A stretch of 63,527 bases of DNA, filler included, from Choristocarpus tenellus KU-1152 (taxonomy: Eukaryota; Protista; Phaeophyceae), in the NCBI GenBank assembly GCA_964200185.2. It is 10 parts of 10 records of this genome, joined end to end, with 100 filler letters (N's around TTAATTAATTAA, not from the genome) between each part and the next. Parts side by side here need not be neighbours in the genome. Positions count along the whole stretch, not along the records: positions 1 to 9,462 come from CAXNAD020003655.1; positions 9,563 to 15,713 come from CAXNAD020008819.1; 8 more parts are not named here. One strand, given 5' to 3'. Positions 1 to 12,389 of this stretch are shown in pieces. The position numbers and the translations under genes were made by a program. Position 1 is the stretch's first letter. Each line of letters begins with the position of its first letter. The notes below the pieces were generated by a model. It did no database searches. It was not told the DNA's origin and worked only from the letters and a program-made list of their open reading frames with translations.

Positions 1-161
1 CGAAATATTTTTGACCAAAAATATATCCCATTCGTAGCGGGGCCCTTCAAAAGTGCCGCAACATTTACAAAAAAATATATATGTGCACTTTCCGCGCACC
101 ATTCCGGGTCTCGCTCATCCTCCATAAAAAGCTCCATCCTCAATTTTGGCGATCGGCTGTT
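1..161. repeat. Dispersed repeat family D, truncated by window start
   Basis: The segment ttccgcgcaccatt...ctccataaaaagctccatcctcaattttggcgatcggctgtt recurs inverted at 15288-15420 and directly at 22857-22922. Confidence 0.75.
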
Positions 162-1927
162 ATTGGAGAAAGACAAGGGAAAAAACTGCCGATCATTACG
201 TTTTCTCTCCTCTATAGTACACAATCAAAATATTAATACAGTAGTAGTAGTAGTAATACAGTAGTAATATTTTTATTCCCAACTTAATTAAAATTCTGAA
301 AAGCAAAAGACATTTTCTTGACTTTTCATCAGTCCAGAAAATTAGTTTACTTTGTAATAGTAGTATCATCAAAGTAAACAGTAACTCATACAATTTGTCT
401 TAGCCTTGATTCACAGGTCGATTTCTAGTAAATCCCTCTACACCCCAACCACCTACAACATAACGATTCACTACGTCATCCAGAAATTGTTCTGCTTGCG
501 TGCCAAATGTCTGAAGCCTTCCACGAGAAACGTGTTGAGATTAAAACCACAAGTAATCTCTTTTCCCAGTAGAAGGCAGTAGGTAATACGTATCTGAAAT
601 ATATTTTTCAAGGCGTAGGATAGTGACAGTCACTCGTATTATATTTCTAAACGCCTCTCAGTATGTGGAAAACCTCCGTTTTCTTGGTCAATTTCTGTCC
701 CCCTACTATTAATTATCGAAACGAAGTGCGTGCGTTATCACCGTGCCTGGGGAGAAAGTCCACTGCTCGTACATCTATAAGTATATTCTGTAAGTATGAC
801 AAAAACCCTATAATACCGCATAAAATACAGTAGATATGCAGGGTGACCTCCCATATTCTAACACCTTAGCCACAGACTGAGCCGTGGATCAGACGTGTTG
901 AAACAGTTTATATTCTATGGGCCGGCCCTGTTAGAATGTATTGGTACAAAGCCAGCCTGCGACCCAGCTGTGTTCAAAAAATGGACGCCCATTAGATCAG
1001 CACTGGTAGAACATACTATTAGCACCAGACCGGACTGACCCGCTGCCCAGCCATGTAAAAATAGTTATGGTCATGGACAGATTAAATACGTATGTTTATG
1101 CTCAGGAATTCTGCATTGGTTAGCACTCCACAATCTGTTAACACCCAGAAGAAGGCTGTCGCGCTGTCTTCATGTCCTCCCCACTCGGCTGGTAGTTTTT
1201 GTGGGCTGGGGAGTTCCCCCCCAGTCTTCACCTCATAGGCACAACTCCGCCACTTAATTATTATGTCTTTAGATTAAAACAAAAGTAAATAGACATGTTT
1301 AGCCCACATTCCACGTGGAATTGGGTACTTCAACTAAAAAGGGATCACAACATTAGACACCAACAACTGCTGCCACAACAACAAGAGGCAATAAAGTAGG
1401 GTGGAAGGGTTCAATGTTGAAGTTGAAGGACAGGCGTTTGAGTTTTGAACCAGATGTGGATGGGCGTCGAGTTCTACGTAGATAGAGTAAGGAACGTACC
1501 CCCATGTAGTGTTACCTGCATTGGGAAGTAATGAGTTGGGTTTACAGAATTGAGTGTTTGGAAAATCAGGTTGAAGTTATTATTAGACAATGTGATTGAT
1601 GTAAAGGTATGTAATACATTGCGTTGCCGAAGTCGTTAGGTGGTCTTCATCCTTGCATGTATGTGATGTTGATGTAAGATCATTGAACTGGATGATCTTC
1701 TACTGTTAGTGAGTAGAATGTGCAGGAGATTGATTGCAGTAAGCGGTGTAAGGGACTCTCCAGAAATCCGACATTGGAAACATTGTTTTTTTTTTGTTCA
1801 TACGATGTGTAAGCAGGAGAGATCTCCGGCTTAGTTGAGAAGTTGGCACTAAGGAAAGGAAAGGGTATAAGCACGAAGCAAACATGATCTTGTACCATCA
1901 AAATCACTATCAACACTTTGGAACAAT

Positions 1928-2183
1928 GACTCAAAGTAAACGAGAGGTACCCAGGGTTGCATTTGAAGATGCTGACAAATATATCCAAAAATCGGGTTTT
2001 TTTTACAAATGTATATAGGATATTTTCTGAAATTTTGTCGAAAAGTCTCTGACAACATAGATACCAACGCTCTCAGGTCAACTTAGCGCTTCCTCCATAG
2101 AAATATGGGTGAATTGCAAAGATTGAAAACTGACTAAAGAAGCAAGACAACCGAAAACTGTATTCTCTCGTTTACTTTGGCTG
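1928..2183 (-). mobile_element. MITE family C, full length (256 bp)
   Basis: Terminal inverted repeats GACTCAAAGTAAACGAGAG ... CTCTCGTTTACTTTGGCTG; non-coding interior similar, in reverse orientation, to 12390-12645 and 4684-5052. Confidence 0.8.
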
Positions 2184-2339
2184 TGTGGCTTTTTTTTACT
2201 CAACCACAGCACAAAAAAAAAAGAAAGGGAAAACTACCAAAGAAGTAGAGATCTTAATATGGATAGAAATAATGCAGTAAAAAATGCAAGATTATATTGC
2301 AGTTACGGCTATGGTTGAGGAAATGTCCAGCATTGTAAC

Positions 2340-3487
2340 CTTGTCGTTGGTAACCAACCGTGGAGGCATCGGAACACCATGCATAAGCCGTCAGAAATCC
2401 CCAACTATACCTAGGTTTTTAGGGGTGTTTTTTGCCCTGCAAACGCAGGATCTTTTTAAGCCATAATGTCTCTCTCTACGTTTGCAATTGTATAACGCAG
2501 TAGTAGATAGTCTACTACTACTTCAACTATTACTACAACGGTGACGGGTTACAAATCAAAAACAGCACAAGAAGAGAGGGTTACAATAATAATGACAAAA
2601 AATAGAGTGGTGTTGGAGGAACGAAAAATGAGAGAGCGTCAGGCCCAGGACCAACACTCACTTTGAAAAAGACTGATCATCAATGTTTTCTGTACATCAT
2701 TATCATGCGTCTCCCAAAACAAATGAATGAATGCGCAGAGTATTGGTTATACAATGTAGTAGTGGTATTGGTTGTAGTATGTGAGAAAAATGGGACACGA
2801 TACAAACACCACACACTAAGCATAATGCGTTGCGGATCTCCTGCAAAAATAAAAACATAATAAATCAGTAGTAAGAGTGCTACATGCTACACTCAGACAT
2901 ATATACTTCATATATTGTAATAGACATTGGACGTGACTGACCAAAACATTCTGTATGCAACATTGAAGGCACTGGCATAGAATCAACAGCTCGCGCGCGC
3001 GCAGCTCTCTGCAACGCCAAGAAGTGCAGAAAGAAGTCAACACCGTCATTATTCTAACAATTATTCCACTATTCATTGTTGTTGTACCTCAACAACTTAC
3101 TTTGGCTCTAGTGAGTGAAACGACCAGAATTCTTTCCTGACCAGTCAGTGACATCCCCACCAAATGTCCCTGATTTGTGGTAGTGCATATGGCAAGTAGA
3201 TAGTGCTCCCTCTGTTGCATGCACTATCCTCCTACTAAATTGCTCAGAATAATGCACCCTCGGATATTATTGCTCATCATCCTGCTGACACCCATCGTCC
3301 ACCCAGACAGCAACGTACAGTTGCATCATGTTTGCCGCAACACCCAGCACTTACACTTTGAGGAGCGCATTTTGATCGATTACTCTCCCTTTGCTCCATT
3401 GCGCTTTACGCAGACCAAACTTGTTCCCAATCCCCAAGCGATTCGACTTCTCTATGTGGAGTTGTTGGACGTTGAAATTCGACCCTT
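2340..3487 (-). CDS. Putative internal exons of an unknown gene
   Basis: Three AG/GT-bounded segments (3355-3487, 2942-3008, 2340-2404) join in phase to GSNFNVQQLHIEKSNRLGIGNKFGLRKAQWSKGRVIDQNALLKV-ELRARELLILCQCLQCCIQNVL-LGISDGLCMVFRCLHGWLPTT. No family recognised. Confidence 0.3.
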
Positions 3488-3920
3488 CTAAAGTTTTCAG
3501 AACTGGTAATGGCACCGTCCATTATCCAGCCAACCAAAGAGTCAGCAAAGTCACGACACAGCTTCTGCAGCTCTGCAGGCATGCTTTATGTTGGCTGGAG
3601 ACACAAAGGTATAGAAAACACAATAATATCTACAATATAGGGCTACGATTCATTATTAGTGAGTGTCTACAAGAAGTGGATGTTTACAAGATTCATTTAT
3701 TGATTGTAAAAAAAATGAGAGGCAACACACACATGGAAGCATATGATATAGGGTTGAAGGAGTATCAACGGAGGCCAGACTTTTAATATGCAGCAGAGAT
3801 GTTACAGCATGCTCCATAGCTTACCTCCACGGGATATATAGCTCCAATCCACAGCCCTATAGATGACGCTGATGAACATACAGGACTCCTGATGCATAAA
3901 TCGTCAAGTATGCTGGATCT

Positions 3921-4169
3921 GAGTGAAAGTATATTAGACGGTACGAGTTTTTCCCTGTTTGTCCATTTGGGGCTTGGCTTTCCACGGGTTTTTGATGACA
4001 TTTTACCTAACCCAAAATATTTCAGAGTAGGTCAAATGTGTACGTTATGTCTGGAACAAGGATATCGACACTTCCTAATAAACACGATAGCCAATATTAC
4101 ATCAATATATCAACATTGGATTTAGGTCACAAAATAGACGCGGCTCTACCCTCTAAGATACTTTAACTC
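3921..4169 (+). mobile_element. MITE family B with 4-bp TSD
   Basis: TIRs GAGTGAAAGTATATTAGACGGTA / TACCCTCTAAGATACTTTAACTC flanked by direct repeat ATCT (3917-3920, 4170-4173); homologous to 62887-63142 and 45339-45578. Confidence 0.85.
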
Positions 4170-4683
4170 ATCTCTCACTTGGATTATTCCCTTCATAAGT
4201 ATAAATATCATAATATAAACTGTAATGGTGGACGTACTACTAGCACCTGTACAATCGTAGGAACTGTTATGAGGGTTATACAAATGTACAAGCAAAAATA
4301 CCATAACTACTGTTTACTATGATTAGAGCTACCACTGCTAACACCCCTACTAGTACTGCTGTCGTGATAGTTAATTGCCTCATAAAGATAGAAATCTCCT
4401 TACCATCTCTACTCACTGTCAATGATATCTACTACTACCAACACTCACCAAAAGCGAATTGATGGGAAGCACTATCCATTCCAGCACTTACAAGAATGAC
4501 AAGCGTGGTAATCAGATAATGTTGCTGGCAGTGACCTTGGCGAGAGAAAAGGTACAACCGTGGAAGAAGGAACGTGTAGAAGTATGGAGAAGGAGTTAGG
4601 AAAAGAAGCAGCGCCCGTATCAACGAAGAGCCTAATACAATAACGTATTTTCAAAAAATAATATGGACATACTTCTAGGTATT

Positions 4684-5052
4684 GAACCAAAGCGAACGAG
4701 GGATACCCAGGTCTTGGTCGTTTTGCATTTTATGGAACCATTTTAATCTTCTGCGATTCGCCCATAAAATATATGGATAAAGTGTACAAAATTTTATTTG
4801 AGGGCGATGATTTCTCTCTCTGTTACAAATTTTCGACAGAATTTAGAAAATTCCCTACACGAATTTGTACGAAACGCCGAAATTTGCGCATATTTTTCAG
4901 CATTCTAAAAGTGCAACTATGTTAACTAGACCTGGTGGTATCCTCCATGAAGTTGTGAGTGGTATCACCGTCTGCACGCAATTGGATGTTGGGTGTTGGT
5001 GACAGCAAAGCAAAGTTTACACTATCTGGGTACCTCTCGCTAACTTTGACAA
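4684..5052 (+). mobile_element. MITE family C, diverged, interrupted by about 100 bp
   Basis: Left end GAACCAAAGCGAACGAGGGATACCC; interior like 12390-12645; right end TGGGTACCTCTCGCTAACTTTGAC displaced to 5027-5050. Confidence 0.65.
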
Positions 5053-8000
5053 AGTATACTATTTACAGTGCTTTACCTTCACATGCAAGAAAAAAAAAAG
5101 ATGAATACCCTTGGCTAAGAACATCAGTGCTACCTGTAACTCGCCCACAAAGACCCTTTTCAAGGCACATATTGGACTATCAAAGGTTATCCAGACCACA
5201 TAATCCTAACCCTAACTCTAACCCTGACCCTAACCCTAATTCCGAACCAGTGGGTGTCACCCCCCAAAAAAAAAACAAAGCGATCATGCCTATCATATAT
5301 CACACAAGAAGGTTGTGTGTATCAAGCAAGCATAGCCCACGGTATACAAAAAAAAACGCCAAAGCAACATTTGAGTTGTAACTACTTGTGTTATGACTGG
5401 AAGTTCATAATTTATCACCAGCAACATCCATAGGAATAGTGTCCCCACCTTGTCCTTCTTCAGCCACATATCCAGTCGCCACTATAGATATTACTTTCAT
5501 ACTTGACCTTTATATGTCTGTGTGCACAGTTGGCATTCCTCGGACATACTTACGCAAATAGAACCCTGGATGCATGGGTCAGAGCTGACAGCTTACCACA
5601 CGCTACATATCGTCAATACCAGTACAATTAATACCAAAGCGGCACAAATATGCACCTGTCCTGCCATGCCACAAACACAAGGCGTCACAATTTCTCCTCG
5701 AGGTTACACAGAGCATGCACCATGCACATGCGCGCGCGCGCGCCTCCTGCACAAGTGCTTCGATAACACCAGTTCCCAGCAGTACCAGTAATATACACAC
5801 TCCAACAGAGAGTTCGCGTTCTCAAGCGTGTTATTGATAGTGGTATAGTGCATTCATACGTTGTAGTATTCAACGAGAATAACATTAACGTGAGAAGAGC
5901 ACGCAACATGCTTTTCTGATGCATACAGGAGGTTACCTATGCTCATGTGACACATGTAAGAACTGTCCAATTACAAGGGCCTGTTTACTGTAGGTGGATG
6001 CATACGGATGTTGAAGGGAGGAATTACGATGCCCAGGGGCTTCAAAATCGTAAAGGGAGACAACGGTTGGGTTTAGATGTATGTCAAGCCCAGAATGAGC
6101 TCTAAACAGTGGACAGGTCTTTGCTGATAACGGTGTATTCAAAGGACCTGCACAAAACGTATACCAAGAGCAGGAGACTGTGCATCATGCGTCCTCAACC
6201 ATGTGCTGGACTCCACCATGAACATGATCCTGAATAGGCACGTGACAGTGGAGGACTGTATCATATCTACATACCCTCTCTCATCACACGAACCTCACCG
6301 TTGAAGCTTTGTATAGATTTCCTCTCAATTCCGAATACGTTCGCTTTCCTTCCATTACTGATTTATCATGGATAGATGGACCACGACATAATGATCTGTT
6401 TTCTTTTCGCTCGCATTTATGACTTTTTGCTAATTCGCTGTGGTCTTCCATGGACACTACATGAACTGTTTCATACTATTAGCACTGCTGGTCTTCGAAC
6501 ACTTTAGCGTTGAAATATCCTTGTTGTAGAGAATAACATCGATAACAAAAACGACATGGTAGGCATTTCCTCCTCATCAAGTACAGTGGTAAGAATAAAT
6601 ATTGTTCCGCATCCTGATTGAGAAATTTGATCGACATGTTCTAAGCAATACCTCCATCCAGTATAATAATTCGCCATTTACACTGCCTCACCCCCAAGTC
6701 AACTACTATATAGTACTTCCTCCATCGAGTCGATTGTCGAACCTTTACAATAATAATAGGTGTTGGAACCGGAGAGAACCTTGTATTGAACATAGTATTT
6801 GTAAGACCTCCTACAATAGAAACAGTAATTATAATTTCAATCAGTTTGGAGACTGAATATTCACGGTATACTTTACCCGTCCTTGATCTACATCTACCAC
6901 TACCACTACAGGCACTATTAATACCCGCAACTACAAAACGTCATACTGGTGCGCGAATACTTGGACATTATTTTCCAACGTAGTTAGGAGTAGTGCCAAT
7001 ACCACTACGACTAAACTACATGCCATACTAGTAGTACTACTACTATTGCTAATAAATACTCAACGATATCTACCTCCCAGCAATACTACCACATGCATAA
7101 TTAATACATGCTGCATGTCGTGTAATGTTGAGTTTGATTATTCATTCTGGACAAACATGTGCAATCATTCTCACCCTCGTAACAACAGGACACTTACATG
7201 TATATTCGTTCATTTATTTGTATCCCTCCTATTCTGTAATTAGATTTTTGGATGTTTTGCTACAACAATTAATCAGCTGATACAATACTCGATTGCCTTC
7301 GTTTATTACCAGTTCCACTAATACTCTACTAATACTAGATAATCTAAGACCTTGTCCTTGGATAGTTGCTGTGGTGCATTTTTCTTGCATCAATCAGTAT
7401 GACCTTCAAAAACTTTGTTTACAAACCAATAACACCTAGTACTATAAGAACGTGCTTCTCCAATAAAATTTTGTAGATGTTAACTGATTTTCCTAATTAT
7501 CTCCTTATCCCGTACTTGACGATCATTTTTCAAAATCCACCCACTCTCAGAGATACGAAAGCATGGGGCCACCTATGCGGCTATGGCAGCTTAAATCTGT
7601 GGACTATGGTGCCAAGGCACACTTAAATTTAATCTTGATATCACGTACAAGGAACAGATGTTACAGGCGAATAGTGCAAGTATTTCTTCTCACGCTCTTA
7701 CCATTGCCAGCAGTAAACGCGCTCGTGGAACGCCAAAAAGGGGATATTCGATTTGCTAGAAGTTGTAGAGTGAGATCTGCTACTTAGAATAAAACGGTTT
7801 TCAGATGTATTACGGCGTCTGTAAACTCAAGATAAATTAACGGTTGACAATACATACGTTGTCACTCTTGATTCATGTCGTAACATTCCCATCGATAAAG
7901 AATATATCTTCATCTGCTGACCTGATATTCGCCATCATGGTTGGACCTTTTCACTGTTGGAGTATCTCAGTCCTGTACAGGTATCAGCACCATCTATAGG

Positions 8001-8746
8001 CTTGTGGACTAGAGAGCTATACATCCCGTGGAGGTAAGCTTTGGCGCGTGCTGTAATACATACATCATCCACTGATTACGGTCATAAGGAAATGTGCGGC
8101 TTTGGAGCAGAGTCAAATAACAAGCACGGTGTGTACAAGGATGACAATAGCAATCACAACAATGATGATGATGCTGGTGGCAGCGGTGGGGAAGGTACAG
8201 ATCCTAGGGGCGAGGAAGAGGAGACACAAGGCCATGAGGCATAGAGAGACAGCAAATGGTTGCTGTCAATGCCAGAATAACATACAAGCGTTCCTCCTTG
8301 CGGATAACTGCCACTTCATGGTTGGTTACATCATTAACGTGGCGCCACCACCGTCCATTATTTACGTATAAGGACAGGAGTCAGGGGTGGCTTGGCTAAG
8401 CCCTGACGGACAGAAGATGCGCTCCAAACCCACGCATTACACATTCGAAGAGTATGCCAAAGGGCTCTTCACTCCAAACTACATGCCTCTCGCACCCCAG
8501 CAGAGGGTAGAGGAGGAAGAGGAGAGAAACGCTAGGAAGGGTCGAAAAGATAAGACATCCAAATCACAAGGGGGGCTCAACCTTGATATGAGTTGGGAGT
8601 GGAGTTAAGTGGTGGTTGCAACTTCTGACAAACTCCGCAAAAAGCAAATACTGGACAATATTATGCAAGCCGTGAACAAGGCATGAAAGGTCAAGGAGAG
8701 AGAGGAACATGCCCAGCAAATTCAAGTTATCTCTGCTGTATCGACT

Positions 8747-8995
8747 ACTACTTGAGTCAATACTTCCAGCACCACTACTACTGCTGCTAAGACGAAGCCT
8801 GTGATATGTGGGTAAATATTGAATAAATGAGGTGCTTGTGATGGCATCCTGTACACGTTCATATTTATTTCACTACTTGAGTCGATACTACCAGCATCAC
8901 TACTACTGCTGCTAAGACGAAGCCTGTGATATGTTGGTAAATACTGAAAAAATGAGGTACTTGTGATGGCATCCTGTACACGTTCATATTACTTC
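8747..8995. repeat. Tandem duplication, 2 x about 125 bp
   Basis: actacttgagtc...gctaagacgaagcctgtgatatg...gtgatggcatcctgtacacgttcatatt starts at 8747 and again at 8872 with few mismatches. Confidence 0.9.
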
Positions 8996-9462
8996 AAGGT
9001 ATATATTAACTTTTTTCTTCTTGTATTCTTTCCCAAGCCTGTGCTTGTTTGTTATGGACAGCTACCCCCCATGTTGTCTTCCTCTGGTGCTTATTGGTGG
9101 ATGAGGTAGGTTTGTTTATACCGCTGCTACGATCGTTTCTGTTCCGCTTGATATATATTTGTTGTCTGAAGCTATTATTATAATTTTTGCTATTGTCAAC
9201 CTCCGTGTTCAGCCAAATTCTGAAGGACCATCGACTCATTCAGAACTTTTCCAAGAGGCTACCCTACTCGGACATCGTGGTAAAGACGACCAATTAATAA
9301 TGGTGTGTGTGCTGTTGTCCTTATTGATCACCGGTATTTGCAATCCATTGTAGTTGAGAGATCAGTCCTGGGACAACCCCCCCACTAAAAAAAAACACTC
9401 ATACACCACCCCCCACCCCCCCCCCCCCATTTCATAACAGTTATTCTCCCTCCTCCCACTCC

Positions 9463-9562
9463 NNNNNNNNNNNNNNNNNNNNNNNNNNNNNNNNNNNNNN
9501 NNNNNNTTAATTAATTAANNNNNNNNNNNNNNNNNNNNNNNNNNNNNNNNNNNNNNNNNNNN
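9463..9562. other. Artificial contig spacer N44-TTAATTAATTAA-N44
   Basis: Identical 100-nt spacers also at 15714-15813, 19478-19577, 22757-22856, 41136-41235, 46231-46330, 49319-49418, 55014-55113 and 60332-60431. The 12-mer puts stop codons in all six frames. Confidence 0.97.
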
Positions 9563-9603
9563 CCATATGGACAGCCGCTACCCCCTCCCAGATACTTTGA
9601 TCC
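9563..9603 (+). mobile_element. MITE family A terminal fragment at contig edge
   Basis: atggacagccgctaccccctcccagatactttgatcc matches the right end of 52726-52906. Confidence 0.7.
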
Positions 9604-9898
9604 AATAGATGACAAGCTTCAAGCCTCATATTGCAACCTCTATGTTAATTACTCCAAAATATGAACATCTACTTACACAACCTCCAATATATCAATGCCC
9701 ATGTAATCATTAGAGGCAATTTGTGTAGCAGCGCCTTGATTGTTCTTGACTTCAAGGATGTTGCCAAACCGCCACACCCTTGCCGGACTAATTTCTTGCC
9801 TAGAAAGGTCTCACTGACACGTTAAGCATTTTGTTGCATTTCATGTGATGCTTTGGTCTCTTTGTGTCTCACGTCATGACTGTGTTGTGCCACTGCAG

Positions 9899-11476
9899 CT
9901 CAACGTCGTCCCCACTACCATTAACGGTACCAGCATCTCCCTCCTTGCGTATTGGATGGAGCAAATAATGGCGGAAGTCACTTCTTTCATCGCGTTTCCG
10001 ATTAAGGTAATGTACAAGCATCTCTCCAACAAATTGAAATGAGACAGAGTGGTGACTTGTTTCATGAAAGCAACGCAGTTTGTTGGGAGATGAAGGCTGT
10101 ACTTCCTCTATGCTCAAAAATGCTATTTTCTTTAGTAGGCCATCCACCCTTGTCAAGTACACCAACTGTACAATGATTCAGGCATTTTAAATGACATTAT
10201 CCCCGTTGACAGTCCTCTACTCTCCTGAACCTCTCCCTTTCAATACCCTCCTCCCTCCTTGTCTCCTTGCCTGACTTTACTGCACGTTGTTTCAGACTCT
10301 CAAGTTTGATCATCTCTGCCAGAACTTCGTTTTACACGAGAAGTTGGACAACTGTGCACCTCTGCTCAGGGCCACAAAGGATGTCACAGGTGAGATCCAC
10401 TTGCTCATGGCAACTCCTTTCTACCCGTTCCTTCTATTGTACCCAACGGGCATTCCCATGCTCCAAGTGTGTTGAATCTTGCATCGTAGTTCTATTCGCA
10501 GTGGGATTTGTAAATAATAAGTATGTGTTCCGCGAAAGGTAGTAAAGCATAATCGACCCTGTGTAGACCTCTGCCACATTAATATATCTTGCTGCCTTTC
10601 AACTCCTAACAAGATAATCTCCAGGTAGAAGAAGCCTTGGAATGATCCCTATTTTCTCTTCTTTCCACACCCAATCTCCCCCCTTTCAGTCGAGAGTGTA
10701 TTTTGTATAGTTGCTACATAGTAGCAAAGAAATTGTGTTTGGTGCAGCTATTGATTGCCCAAGAAGGGCAAAGTAAAAGTTACAGGTATCTTTCTACAAG
10801 GAGTGCACTGGGCCCTCAGCAGGACAATACTCATCGCATCTACCACATTATTCTTGTCTGTGTCCTTGAAGCTCCATCTGTACCAGACCTCAATAAGTAC
10901 AGTCACCTCACTTCAATCATTACTCAATCTGGGCTTGCCTTTTTTTCTGATATGTCTGCAGGCGTTGTAACAAGTGTGAGCCTTACTGCCAACGGAACCT
11001 CTGGTCACATTCCTTTCACGGTCCCGACCGGCACAGTGGTGAGTGACTCTTGTTTCGCTGTTAAACCTACAGTAGAAGGTTCTGTTCGTACTTTGTTTTT
11101 CTCTGCTACTCACTTTGAACACCTGAATCAGATACTACGAAGCATGTGTTCCTGCGCACCTGTTTCCCGTAACACTAACATTTCCCACTACAACGTACTT
11201 TGTTTCCTGCCTCTTACATAGGTGGATATCTCAGGGATTGCTCTCAGTGGTACCACAACGTACGGTTCTGACACCACGTACTACTTCGCCACCGAATCCA
11301 GCATGGTCGAAACACTTAGTGAGGGACCAGTGTCTTCCAGCAAAAAAAGCGTAGATGGCCAACTTTTGGGATTTGAAGGGCAAACCTTTTTCACCTCTTG
11401 GAATGTGGTTCTGTCACTCTCGGGCATGTTAGGACAATATATTTTGATGTCCTACAGCATATTCGGATATTTTTGA
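9899..11476 (+). CDS. Agd3-like (CE18-type) polysaccharide deacetylase, C-terminal exons; 5' part missing from contig
   Basis: Exons 9899-10006, 10296-10389, 10962-11038 and 11222-(up to 11476) have AG acceptors, GT donors for the first three, and matching phases 0/1/0. They give LNVVPTTINGTSISLLAYWMEQIMAEVTSFIAFPIK-TLKFDHLCQNFVLHEKLDNCAPLLRATKDVTG-VVTSVSLTANGTSGHIPFTVPTGTV-VDISGIALSGTTTYGSDTTYYF. This matches from memory the Agd3 C-terminal pattern S(L/I)xxxWxExxxxExxxxxxwPixT...F......DxC...itxVxxTA...IPxTxP...GSD. The end of the last exon is uncertain. Confidence 0.72.
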
Positions 11477-12389
11477 CTCTAGTCAGTCACGTTCATATGT
11501 TTATTTAGGGTGGTGGCACAGAGTCCTCCCGAATCAGTTATTATTTGGTACTGTGAAAACGTTTTTTTCCAATAGCACATTTCGTGCTCCAGGTGTATGT
11601 GTCCCACTAAGTGGTGTGATTGGAAATGCCTTCGAGCATAGAGCTGAATTGCGAGAAAAAGGAGGTCACTTTAAGGTGTAAGTAGGTTTACCTTTTCTCT
11701 AGCATTTAGTGCTTGGGATCATTTGGTGTAATGGTACTATATACTCCTAGTATTCTTGAGGTGTTGATAGACTATTGGCATTGGTGTATAAATGATCCGC
11801 TGTCTTCGTGTTGCAGATGGTATGATGGCTAGCTCTTACTGATGTATTAACAGTGATATATGGGGTGTGCTTCTGCTAGAAGGGGTCTATATTTTACTGA
11901 CTCTTCTGTCTTCTGTTATATGCGATGACAGGACTTTGGAAGTACCCAGATGAAGGATCAAGGTCGCATGTCCTTTTAATCTCCAGATCATTCTGTAAAG
12001 TAGTACACACCAAGAGTAGAGTAACCGCATGTATGGGGGTCTCCCATTGCTGTATCTTGGGTTGTTGCCACTGTTCCCCCTCTTGCTTCGATCTCTTGTT
12101 GTTGCTTTATGTAAGCAACACATGGACTCGAGCATGTGACTGCGAATCTCTTTGGTGGTGAAATGTAATATTATATTTCTTAGGGTAATAAGATTCGAAT
12201 GTTCTTGCCACTTTCCGATGGTCTAGAGAAATCGGAAAGTGTGATGGAGGATATTCTTCTCTAGAATAATTTTTAGCCCCCAAATACCACACATGAATAC
12301 ATTTTTCATTCAGTTTTAATATGCATCCTTCTGGAGGACATATAAATTCAAATTGGAACATTTTTTAAATTGTGTTGAAGGGTTACTGA

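Noticed and set aside
5937-6480. Exon-like minus-strand segments (about 5937-6147, 6298-6475)
   Set aside because: The splice signals look good, but the phases could not be joined without stops.
9507-9518. Recurrent TTAATTAATTAA motif as a biological site
   Set aside because: Always centred in identical N runs; it is a six-frame stop linker used for concatenating contigs.
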